Below are positions 54,251 through 64,000 of a stretch of DNA of 64,000 nucleotides, piece after piece. The stretch lies in assembly GCA_002269645.1 (NCBI GenBank), contig NIVC01002184.1:124001-188000 (forward strand), given 5' to 3'. How positions within the stretch are numbered: position 1 is the stretch's first letter; each line of letters begins with the position of its first letter. This DNA is from Macrostomum lignano. Taxonomy: Eukaryota. The notes below the pieces were generated by a model, which searched no databases, had not been told where the DNA came from, and saw only the letters and a program-made list of their open reading frames with translations. The position numbers were made by a program, and so were the translations under genes.

Positions 54251-54807
54251 ACCCCCCTTTGTGTCACCATGTCTCCCTCTGTCCTGACCACTTCGCTACC
54301 TCACCACCTGCTGCTATCCAACTCATTCAATTCTCATATCGGCAAGCATCAAAGACTTCAGAAATAATTAATGGGTAGCATAAATTCAGCTGCTGGGCCC
54401 TCAAAAAGTCCGTCAGGATCCACAGCCGACTCACTCCAGCGTCCAGCCAAAGTTATAATTGTTCCGGACCGTCTTTGATTGTAAATCAAACAGAGAATAA
54501 AATATGGATAAGTCCCTCACGGTGGTTGCTAGGTACAGAAAAAGTCCCTCCGGCCGGACTCTAAACCCATCTAGGACACAGCCTTGAGTAGAAAAGCTCA
54601 GACTGCTTAACTCACGCCTCACTCCTTCGCCCAACCCTTTACCCCCGTATCCCCCATTTTATAATAGAGTTTGGGGCGGGCGCCCTGCTCTGGGTTAATT
54701 ATCAATTCTAGATCTGACTGGACCAAGCAGCTGGCGGCCCTGTGTGACAATGGTGCTTAGTTGATTAATTGGTAGGCTGATTAAGATACATGGAAAGGAG
54801 CGCACTG

Positions 54808-54968
54808 ATTTAAGAGCGCACTGATGTGAGGGCGCACTGATGTGTAAGCGCGCAATGATGTAAGCGCGCACTGATGTGTAAGCGCGCACTGATATAAGCG
54901 GGCACTGATGTGTAAGCGCGCACTGATGTAAGCGCGAACTGCATGATGTAAGCGAGCACTGATGTAAG
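54808..54968. repeat. 16-18-bp minisatellite (GCGCACTGATGTGTAAGC)
   Basis: About 9 degenerate copies. Confidence 0.85.
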
Positions 54969-56109
54969 CAGGCTTTAATGTAGCCGTGACATAGCAGGGT
55001 TGCACAAAGCCGTGTTCAAGTGCGCCAGATCTCCCAAGCCCTGCTGCATGCTGTCAGTATAAAATAGCTTTACTTTAGCAAAAATTTTCTTTAGACAATT
55101 ATTGACCCTCGCTGCTATGTCACTGTCAGCCTCTCTCACCTTTTCAATCTAATGGATTGCTCAGCTCAATACTAATAAAATTATACATTAATCCCCTAGG
55201 CTGGTTTCCCAGCCTCTCCGCTCCATCTTCAGCCAGCCAGTATAAAGGGCATTATAAAATAAGGAGGCCAGCTCGGGTCGGCCTCAAATTGAGATTTGAA
55301 GTGCGCAGGCCTGGCAGCCTCTCCTTCACGGGGGCCTGCAAGATTTCGGCGTGCAGAGGCGGCAGCGCTGGCAGAAGCCAATCTTAATGAGCCACTTATC
55401 GCCCCCCCCCCCGAAAAAACGGCCCTCATCAACGGGGGCGGCTGTGAGAGCTCTCGGCCGGAACAGCTCTGAGATTTGGGGCCGCGCCAGTCGGCCTTAT
55501 TCTTGAGCTCCAGAGACTTTGCTGTCAGTGTCAACAAGCCCCAACCCGGGCAGTACTTTTTACTTCGGCAGTCATAAAACTCCCAGTGATCTATTGATTG
55601 GCCAATCGGTTCCTCTATATAGGCCGATCTCGGCCCCTCATCTGCACAGACAGCAAGGGGGGCATCTCTCGCAGGTGGCATGTTTCCTAGAAATGCGCGG
55701 CGGGGGCGGGGAGGGGTGAGAGATTTAATGCTCGCTTGGGAGCAGGGTGAGCTGCTGCATTTTATCCGCAGTTGGGTTGTAAATTTCACGCTAAATTGCC
55801 CCGGGGGGGGGGGCAAGGCCCCCTCGCCTCTTCCTTCCTCCCCGCCCCTGTCAGCTGCACTTGGGACTCAAAGAAACTGAAAGCAAAAATGCAGGAAATT
55901 TGCATAATGAGGGCAAGCCAGGAAGCCTGGAGGAAGCGCTTTTTGCGGTACCGAGATGAAAAATGACAAAACAGAATCTTGGGAGAGAGGGGAAAGAGTT
56001 TTACGACAAAATGGCAACTTATAGACAATGCTGGATAGAGACAGGTTGCTTTACAGTGCAGTAAAAGTTTAAATGAGCGACTGAGAGACTGAGTTCACGG
56101 GTTTCTGAC

Positions 56110-56548
56110 TTCGTGAGCTTATGAGCGAGTTCATGAGCGAGTTCATGAGCGATTTCATACTCGTACGAGAACTCATGATACAGTTGATGAGGGAGTTCAT
56201 GAGGGATTAATTCACGTGAAATTTCAAGAGCAAGTTCACGAATAAAGTTCACGAAGGAAGTTCACGAGGGAGTTCATGAGCTCATACGAGAATTCTTTAT
56301 TATGGAGCTCATGAGTGAGTTCCCGTGAGAGTTCACGAGGGTGTTCATGTGAAAGTTCATGAGGGAGTTCACGAGAGATTTTACGTGAAAGTTCACGAGG
56401 GAGTTCATGAATGAGTTCATACGAGAATTCATTAGGGAGTTCATGAGGGACTTCATGAGGGAGTTCATGAGTTCATGGGAGAATTCATTAGGGAGTTCAT
56501 GAGTTCATTAGGGAATTCATTAGGGAGTTCATACGGGAGTTCATGAGT
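56110..56548. repeat. Degenerate 12-bp satellite (GGGAGTTCATGA)n
   Basis: Recurrent GAGTTCA[TC]GA at 12-bp spacing. Confidence 0.85.
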
Positions 56549-57016
56549 GATCTCATTAGAGAAGCAGAAAGCCGGCAGTAAAGACGGGCAAGCGCAGTTC
56601 AGCAGTGGGGGATCAAAGGAGCCGGGGCCATTTTGGGGCGGCATTTTAATCCCCGATCCCAAAGCGGCGGAAGCGGCCCCGAATGCTTGTTTATATTCCG
56701 CCCCCCCTCTCTCCCTTCGGGCGGTCGGAGCCATTGAGCTTCGGAATAAATTCTGCAGGAATTAAGCATGCGCCAGGAAGCAACGGTTCGAGCTGAATTT
56801 TTGTCTGAGAAAACTAAAAAACTTACTGAAAAGACAGAAGTGCAGAAGGGAAGCAAACTTATCCAGCTCAAATTTGCTTTGCCGGGGTCTCCAGTGAGCC
56901 TTTTCTGCCAACTCGCTTTCAACTTAACTGCTCTGATCTTTCCGCTCAGGCGGAGTTGACTCTCTGGTAGACAGTGCCCCCCCCCCCCCAGGGGATCTGG
57001 AGGTTGAGTTAGTGCT

Positions 57017-57052
57017 GGGCTAGGGTTAGGGTTAGGGCTATGGTTAGGGTCA
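57017..57052. repeat. Short degenerate (TTAGGG)n tract
   Basis: GGGCTAGGGTTAGGGTTAGGGCTATGGTTAGGGTC. Confidence 0.7.
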
Positions 57053-57208
57053 GCTAGGAAACACCAGGTATCGGATCAATCAGTTCTTCTTCGTGTAGCC
57101 TGCTGCGTCAGAGAGATATTAAATTGAAGCGATAGAGACAGATACTCAGCTGCTCACTTTGCTCTGCCAGAATTTACTCAAGGCGTGTTGACAGATCAAT
57201 TTTACCTG

Positions 57209-60200
57209 TCAGTCGGTTCTGTCGGCTTCGAGAACTTCGAATCCAGCAGCAATGATTGACGATCTCGGTCGGGGACCTGGCAGGCGGCACGCCCAGAACT
57301 GGTCGGAGCGAGCGGTCAGGTCAGCTTCTGCCGGGCATCCGCGCCCCTCTGATGCCCGGCTGTTTCATTGAAAAGTGCCCGGGCCAGCGCCAAGAGCTGC
57401 CATTGGTCCGCTGCCACTGAACCAATGGGATTCAGTTGAGTGAGCGAAGCCTGTCCTGACTAACTAGGAGACCCCTTTGGAGATTTTATCTGATGTTGTG
57501 ATGACTCACTCATCTCCATGAACCCACTGACTCAAGCTGATCCACTGGACCTCCACTGTTTCACAATGACTCTCACGAATATCCATTGACCTCCACTGAC
57601 TCCTACTGACTCCCACTGACTCCCACTGACTCCCACTGAATCCCACGGACTCCCACTGACTCCCACTGACTCCCACTGACTCCCACTGACTCCCACAGAC
57701 TCCCACAGACTCCCACAGACTCCCACTGACTCCCACTGACTCCCAATGACTCCCACTGACTCCCATTGACTCCCATTGACTCCCACTGACTCCCAGCTCT
57801 GCAGACCGCCCGCTCCGACTAATATTGGCATGCCGCCTCCCAAGGGTCCCGGGGTCTTCAGTCATTCTCTAAAGAGTCGAAGTTCCCGGATCCGACAGAA
57901 CCTGCTGACATATAAAATTAATTTGTTAACAGGCGTTGAGCAAATTCTGGCAGAGCAAAGTGAGCAGCATGTGTCTCTCTCCATCGCTCCTTGATTTCCT
58001 CCTATGCAAGCGATAAAAGTAAAAAGTTAAGAAAACATTTTTTGCTTCTGCGAAGCAGACAGAAAATTTGATTGAGTTGACAAGAAGTTGCTAAATTTTT
58101 TCGCTCTGACTGGAAATCAAAAAAATAGCAGAGTTGTGCAACGCTACAGAGTTTCTTGTCCGACACCAAAGTTGCACAGAGCCCATATTGTTAGCTTGTC
58201 ATCAGTGAGTCAGAGTTGCCAGGATCACCGTCCGTATCAGCCGAGTCTCCTTACTTCTTTTGCGGGGCAGAGCCTGCAATGGGGATAAAGCGGGCCAGAT
58301 TGCAAGTGAAAACGAATTTGAATTCGCACTCAGTGACAACAACCAGCACCCGCCTACCGATCAGAGTCTGCTGGGTTGTCTCGCTGACCACAATGTTTGA
58401 CATGCCTTGCAGGTCTGTGGAAAATTGGAAGAGAAACATGGCGTCAAGGTTAACCAAATTACCCCAATGCGAATAACACTTCACTCATTTGACATCCCTG
58501 ACTATCCCACAACATCCAGACTATTGCAAACCATCCAGACTATCCCACACCATCTCAGACTATCCCAGACTATCCCTGACTATCCCACACCATTCCAGAC
58601 TATCCCAGACTATCCCAGACTTATCCCACATCATCCCTCATACTATCCCACACCATCCCAGACTTATCCCACATCATCCCTCATACTATCCCACACCATC
58701 CCAGACTTTCCCACACCATCCCAGACGATCCCAGACCATCCCAGACTATTCCACACCATCCATATTATCTCACACCATCCCAGACTATCCCAACACCATC
58801 CCTCATACTATCCCACACCATCCCAGGCTATCCCACACCATCCCTGACTATCCCACACCATCCCAGGCTATCCCACACCAAGGTCCTGGCACTCACTCTC
58901 CAGCGAGGTGGTGTACACAGAATTGTGCCAGCCTCCGCCGCACTCCATCGAGGCGTCCCCGGCGCAGTCTTTGTCGCAGCTGGTCTGCAGGCCGGGCCCG
59001 TACTTGCCGAACTGCTGGCCACACCAGCACTCCTTGCCGTTCTGAAGGCCGACGAACTTGAACTGCCGGTCCTGGCAGAGTTTCACGCACCGCTTGACGG
59101 TCATGGCGTCCGAGGTCTCGGCCATGGTGGGCAGGTCTCTGTCGGCAGAGTCCTTGAAGCAACCGAAAGCAAGCTGGTGGATGGCTGCAAAGTTAAATGT
59201 TAATCTAATTAAATAACTTTGTTAGCAAACTGTACAAGAGATTTATTCAACTTAACGAGGATTGAAATTGGTTGGTTGTTAGCTTCCATCACCACTAACT
59301 CACCATCAGACCCAACTGTAGTCCAGATGTACTCGTAAGAGATTACAGTCGTGCCTCCAATAACGGTATTTGTCGTAGTAGATGTAGTTGTCCAGCTGCT
59401 GATGGTGGTGACATCGCCCAGGAAAATCTCTGTGACTTCGCCGGTGATTGACTCGGTGCTGCTGATGCCCTCGCTGATGATGATGGCATCTGGAGATGGG
59501 GCCAATTGGCGGAGTTGAGTCTGGTTATAGGCTTTCTAAACCAGCCCTAGTAATATCTAGAACCAGCCTGACTCACATCTAGAACCCGCCTCAGTCACAT
59601 CTGGAACCAGTCTCAGTAATATCTGAAACCAGCCTCAGTCATATCTGGAACCAGCCTCAGTCACTTCTAGAACCAGCCTCAGTCATATCTGGAACCAGCC
59701 TCAGTCACTTCTAGAACCAGCCTCAGTCATATCTGGAACCCGCCTCAGTCATATCTGGAACTAGCCTCAGTCATATCTGGAACCAGCCTCAGTCATTTCT
59801 GGAACCGGCCACAGTCATATCTGGAACCCGCCTCAGTCATATCTGGAACTAGCCTCAGTCATATCTGGAACCAGCCTCAGTCATTTCTGGAACCAGCCTC
59901 AGTCATATCTGGAACCAGCCTCAGTCATACCTGGAACCAGCCTCAGTCACATCTGGAACCGGCCTCAGTCATATCTGGAACCCGCCTCAGTCATATCTGG
60001 AACCAGCCTCAGTCATATCTGGAACCAGCCTCAGTCATTTCTGGAACCGGCCTCAGTCATATCTGGAACCAGCCTCAGTCATACCTGGAACCAGCCTCAG
60101 TCACATCTAGAACCAGCCTCAGTCATGTCTGGAACCCGCCTCAGTCAAATCTGGAACCAGCCTCAGTCATGTCTGGAACCAGCCTCAGTCATATCTGGAA

Positions 60201-63200
60201 CCAGCCTCAGTCATACCTGGAACCAGCCTCAGTCACATCTGGAACCAGCCTCAGTCATACATGGAACCCGCCTCAGTCACATCTGGAACCAGCCTCAGTA
60301 ATGTCTGGAACCCGCCTCAGTCACATCTGGAACCAGCCACAGTCATGTCTGGAACCCGCCTCAGTCACATCTGGAACCAGCCTCAGTCATGTCTGGAACC
60401 AGCCTGACTCACATCTAGAACCGCCTCAGTCACATCTGGAACCAGCCTCAGTCATGTCTGGAACCAGCCTGACTCACATCTAGAACCACCTCAGTCACGT
60501 CACATCTAGAGCCAGCCTCAGTCACATCTAGCCAGCCTCAGTCACAACTAGAATCGCTTTAGATTTATTCGGATGTTGAAGCTGGTTCTTTGTAATACTG
60601 AGTCGCCGCTCACCCTTGGTCAGCCCTGTCGAGTAGACGGTCTGCATCAGACTTCCGCCGCAATGCTGGCTGCTGTCGCCGTCGCAATTCATGATGCCCG
60701 AGCTGGCGTCCTGAATTTGGCCGTGCCTGCCGTAGCTGTTGCCGCAGCGGCACTCGTTGCCGTTCTGCACACCGAAAAATAGAAATCCGTAGCGCCTGCA
60801 CAGCTTCCGACAGTTGTTGAGATTTGTCTTGACCTTTCGCACCAGGAATGGCAAGTCGCGATCGGTCGTTTTGTCCAGGAAGGTGCCGAGACTGCTGAAC
60901 TCATCTGCGGGTGGGTTTTTTACTTTAGGCTGTGTTTATTGTGTTTTTGAATTGAAAACGTAATGAATTGATGCTCAAGGGTTGCACAGGTATAACGGAT
61001 GAGCCCCCTGACACACGGCTGTCGTCAGCTTGACAGGAACGTCCCCAAGAGCCCCGGCGTCTCCACTCAACCAGTTCACTCCAGGCAGTCCCTCGGTGCA
61101 GTAGATAGCTGCGCCATCCTCCCACGCACTATTCACAGAGAGTGACACGTCAGGACGACAGAGAAGCAGTTAAATTAAGTTTAAAAACTTACTGACGGTG
61201 ACGCCCGTCTCGAAGACGAGGTTGTGATGGGTGCCTCCGCACATCTGGTTGCTGTTTCCTGAACACATGGTGATGCAAATGGTTGGGTCACCCTTGCCGT
61301 AACGGCCGTAGCTGTTGCCGCAATAGCAGGTGTTGCCCTCCTGAAGGCCGGCGTATTTGTAGCCAAGCTCGGAGCACCTGTTGAGGCACAGGTTCACCGT
61401 CATCAGGCCGGTCTCCACAAACTCGGGCAGGTCGTGATCGGCCTTGTCCTTGAAGCAGCCAACAGCCGTTCTGTGGATCTCTGAAATATAGAGCGGGGAG
61501 TACGGAGGTGCAAGTAGTAAAAATGGAGAAGTAACTCCCACAGACTATACAGCGGCCTTGACTTTCTCAATGCCTGCAATGTACAGAGTGTTCTTTGAGG
61601 TTTGTTTAGCCCTCAGGGCAATTTTAGTGCACGAGTGCACTTATGTAAGCAGCTTCATCAATTCCGCACGCACCTTCAAAGGTAGTCCTGTAGATGTTGT
61701 TACGCCATGCGCCACCGCAAGTCTGGTAGGGGTTGCCGCGGCACTTGGCGTTGCACTCGGAGTCTTCGGCCTTGCCATACTGGTTGTAGTAGTTGCCGCA
61801 GAAGCACTGCATGGAGTTCTGCACGCCGGCGTAGAAGTAGCCGAGGTCCCGGCACCGCCTGAAGCAGCGGTTCACGCTGATCTGCCCGCTCATGCCAACA
61901 ATGGGCAGGTCTCTGGCCGCCTCGTCTTTGAAGCAGCCTTTGGCGGTGAATTTCCCTGGAAATTATTTGAGAATGCGATGAATTGCATCAAGGAGTCCCC
62001 GAGTAGCTTCCTTAAAAATCCAGAACAAACGGACACCCGAAGATCCACTACGGTTGCTTGACTGTCAAAGTACTTTCAAAATCGGCTGGCTTTCTGTGAC
62101 AAGAAGTCGCAAGCTTACATGCTAGTCCGGTGGAGTAGATGGTATTGAAGAAGGCGCCTCCGCAGAACTGCTGGGCGTTGCCCCGGCAGCGGGTGTGGCA
62201 CTTGTCCTCGCTGTCGGCATGGCCGTGCCGGCCGAAGCTGTCGCCGCAGAAGCACTGGGAGCCGGCCTGCAGACCGGCATAGCGGTAGAGACGCCTGGCG
62301 CAGAGCCGGACGCACAGCTGGATCGTGACGGTGCCGGTGAAGACGAGGTCAGGCAGGTCGCGGTCCTTCTTGTCCACGAAGCAGCCCTTGTGCTGGATGG
62401 CTGCGGATGGGAGCGATGGGTTGCAAGGGATGCTGAGGAAGCTGAGCATTCCGAGTTCAAATGGCAATTTGTTAGAAAGCGGGTGTTTATGCGGGTAACG
62501 GCTTGGCACTCGGCAACTACGAGTATTTATGGTTTATTGAAGACTTGGTCAATATTCAGTCATTCATGGCTAAATTACGAGCGAAAGTTTAATTTGAGAA
62601 GCGCCATCTCTCGATATTGCATGCCTTTCAATAGACTGAGCCTTATTTGAGGCTTCTCTGAGCAGAGCTATTGCTCACTCAGACTGACTTACCCGTAAAT
62701 CCTATTTTAGCTAGTTCAAATTGAATTCTACCGTAAATTCAAGAGCACCTTCAAGCGCCTGATCCAAACGTTGTCGCATAAAATTTGAATGAAGCTGAGC
62801 AGCTGAGGGGTGGGGGTACTCAAATTAACTGAAGGAGAATAATGCGCCGTCTACTGAGACCTTTTACAAGCCTACTGCGAAGGTGATAAAAGTGCAAAAA
62901 CTGCGGAAGACAAAACAAGCGAGAGAAGCGCAGCTAGAAAACTACTGTCGTCATGATTTAGTAGCGAAGATAGACAGACACCTGAACCCGGGGTGGACTG
63001 TGGCAAAAAGTTGCACAGACAAAAACGCTTTCAAGAATACAAAGACTCAAAGCCACGAATTGCAGGTTTGCTGCAAATTTCACTGGCACTGGGTGCTGTG
63101 AGTTTCAATTATATCGAATACTCATCAAGGCTCTCACGCGCAAGAAAGCATAATTAACACCCAGCCGGTTTGAAGGCCTCAATTTGCAAAGGCCCGGCTC

Positions 63201-63907
63201 TTTGTTAAGGTCTAAGATTTCTATGCCACCAGCTGTAGGTATTCATGAGTTGGCTAAAGTGCAAGATTGATAGTATGCTTACTTGTATCGGCTCCGCTGT
63301 CCGTGTCCTTGTCAATTGATGGCTCTAAAATTGTTTAGGAGCGAGCGCAGCAGCTTAGCCATTTTGTTAGCAGGCAAATTCACTGGACACAACAGTTAGT
63401 GACCGAGCCTGTCAGACAGGACTCACCGTTGTCAGTGTTTCCATCAATGATGGTACTTTCCTCATCGGGCACAGTTTGCTCTTCTGACTTCTCGCTTTCC
63501 GTCTCTCTCGTGTAATCGCTCTCGTCATCTGCAACAGATTCAGCATAGCAAGTTGTTGACCTCAAAGTCTCATATACGAGACAAGATCAGGCCTAATGCT
63601 TTAGTCAAAAGTGTCAACTCACTTCCTCCAATTCCGGTCTCGTAGATGTTGTTCAACCAGAGGTCGCCGCAAATCTGCGCCTTGTTACCGAGGCAACGTT
63701 TCTGGCATCGGACGTCGTCAACTCTGCCGTACTTGTTGTAGGTGTCGCCGCAGTAGCAGAGGTTGCTGTTCTGCACGCCGAAGTACTTGAAGCCGTAGCG
63801 CCAGCAGGCCTGTCGGCAGTTGTTGAGGGTCACCAGGCCGATCTTGGCCAGGAATGGCAGGTCGCGGACCACCTTGTCGTTGTAGCAGCCCATGCTCTTG
63901 AATAGGA
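57209..63907 (-). CDS. Multi-WSC-domain extracellular protein (at least 6 WSC domains); 5' end outside the window
   Basis: Minus-strand exons: 63907-63623 WSC, 63528-63427 acidic linker, 62400-62119 WSC, 61955-61674 WSC, 61480-61193 WSC, 60904-60614 WSC, 59489-59304 Thr-rich, 59184-58897 WSC, 58414-58255, 57359-57209 (last two less certain). WSC pattern GCF.D...C...C...G.Q.G..C.CG...C...C.G....CGG. Confidence 0.88.
57595..57790. repeat. 10-bp satellite (GACTCCCACT)n, intronic
   Basis: About 19 copies. Confidence 0.95.
58495..58880. repeat. 10-bp satellite (ATCCCAGACT / ATCCCACACC), intronic
   Basis: Alternating decamer variants filling intron 58415-58896. Confidence 0.93.
59540..60545. repeat. 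~22-bp minisatellite (GGAACCAGCCTCAGTCATATCT)n, intronic
   Basis: About 45 copies filling intron 59490-60613. Confidence 0.96.
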
Positions 63908-64000
63908 CTTTTTCGGATACGAAGTGGAAATTATGAAACTTTTGATTGCGACTACTCACAAGTAGTGAAACTGTCGTCAAAGGTGAAGGATTGTTATCAA

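Noticed and set aside
55150-56990. GC-rich, G/C-run-containing block around the 12-bp satellite as a DNA transposon
   Set aside because: No TIR pair, TSD or transposase motif could be identified by eye.

Overview
Eukaryotic, intron-containing animal DNA with GT-AG introns, GC-rich exons and TTAGGG-type repeats. Many introns are filled with unrelated mini- or microsatellites. The style fits a flatworm such as Macrostomum, but that is inference only. Gene models were built by hand and checked for splice-phase consistency. In order: 3' half of an ABCA transporter (+, 2503-10644); a compact intronless SAXO/FAM154 gene (+); a 2-exon small type I membrane protein (+); an orphan disordered protein (+); an intronless secreted PAN-like/LamG-like protein (-); two BTB-BACK-Kelch paralogues (+) with two relic fragments; a divergent ionotropic glutamate receptor-like gene (-) whose frame is broken twice as assembled; an intronless class A peptide GPCR (-); and the 3' part of a multi-WSC-domain gene (-). 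Mobile DNA: a 466-bp MITE with ~150-bp TIRs and an 8-bp TSD, and a 5'-truncated RT-RNase H LINE with a (GAA)n tail and 12-bp TSD inside a kelch intron. I found no rRNA, tRNA or CRISPR array. Most long ORFs in the supplied track are repeat or antisense artefacts. No database searches were run; family calls come from motif recognition.
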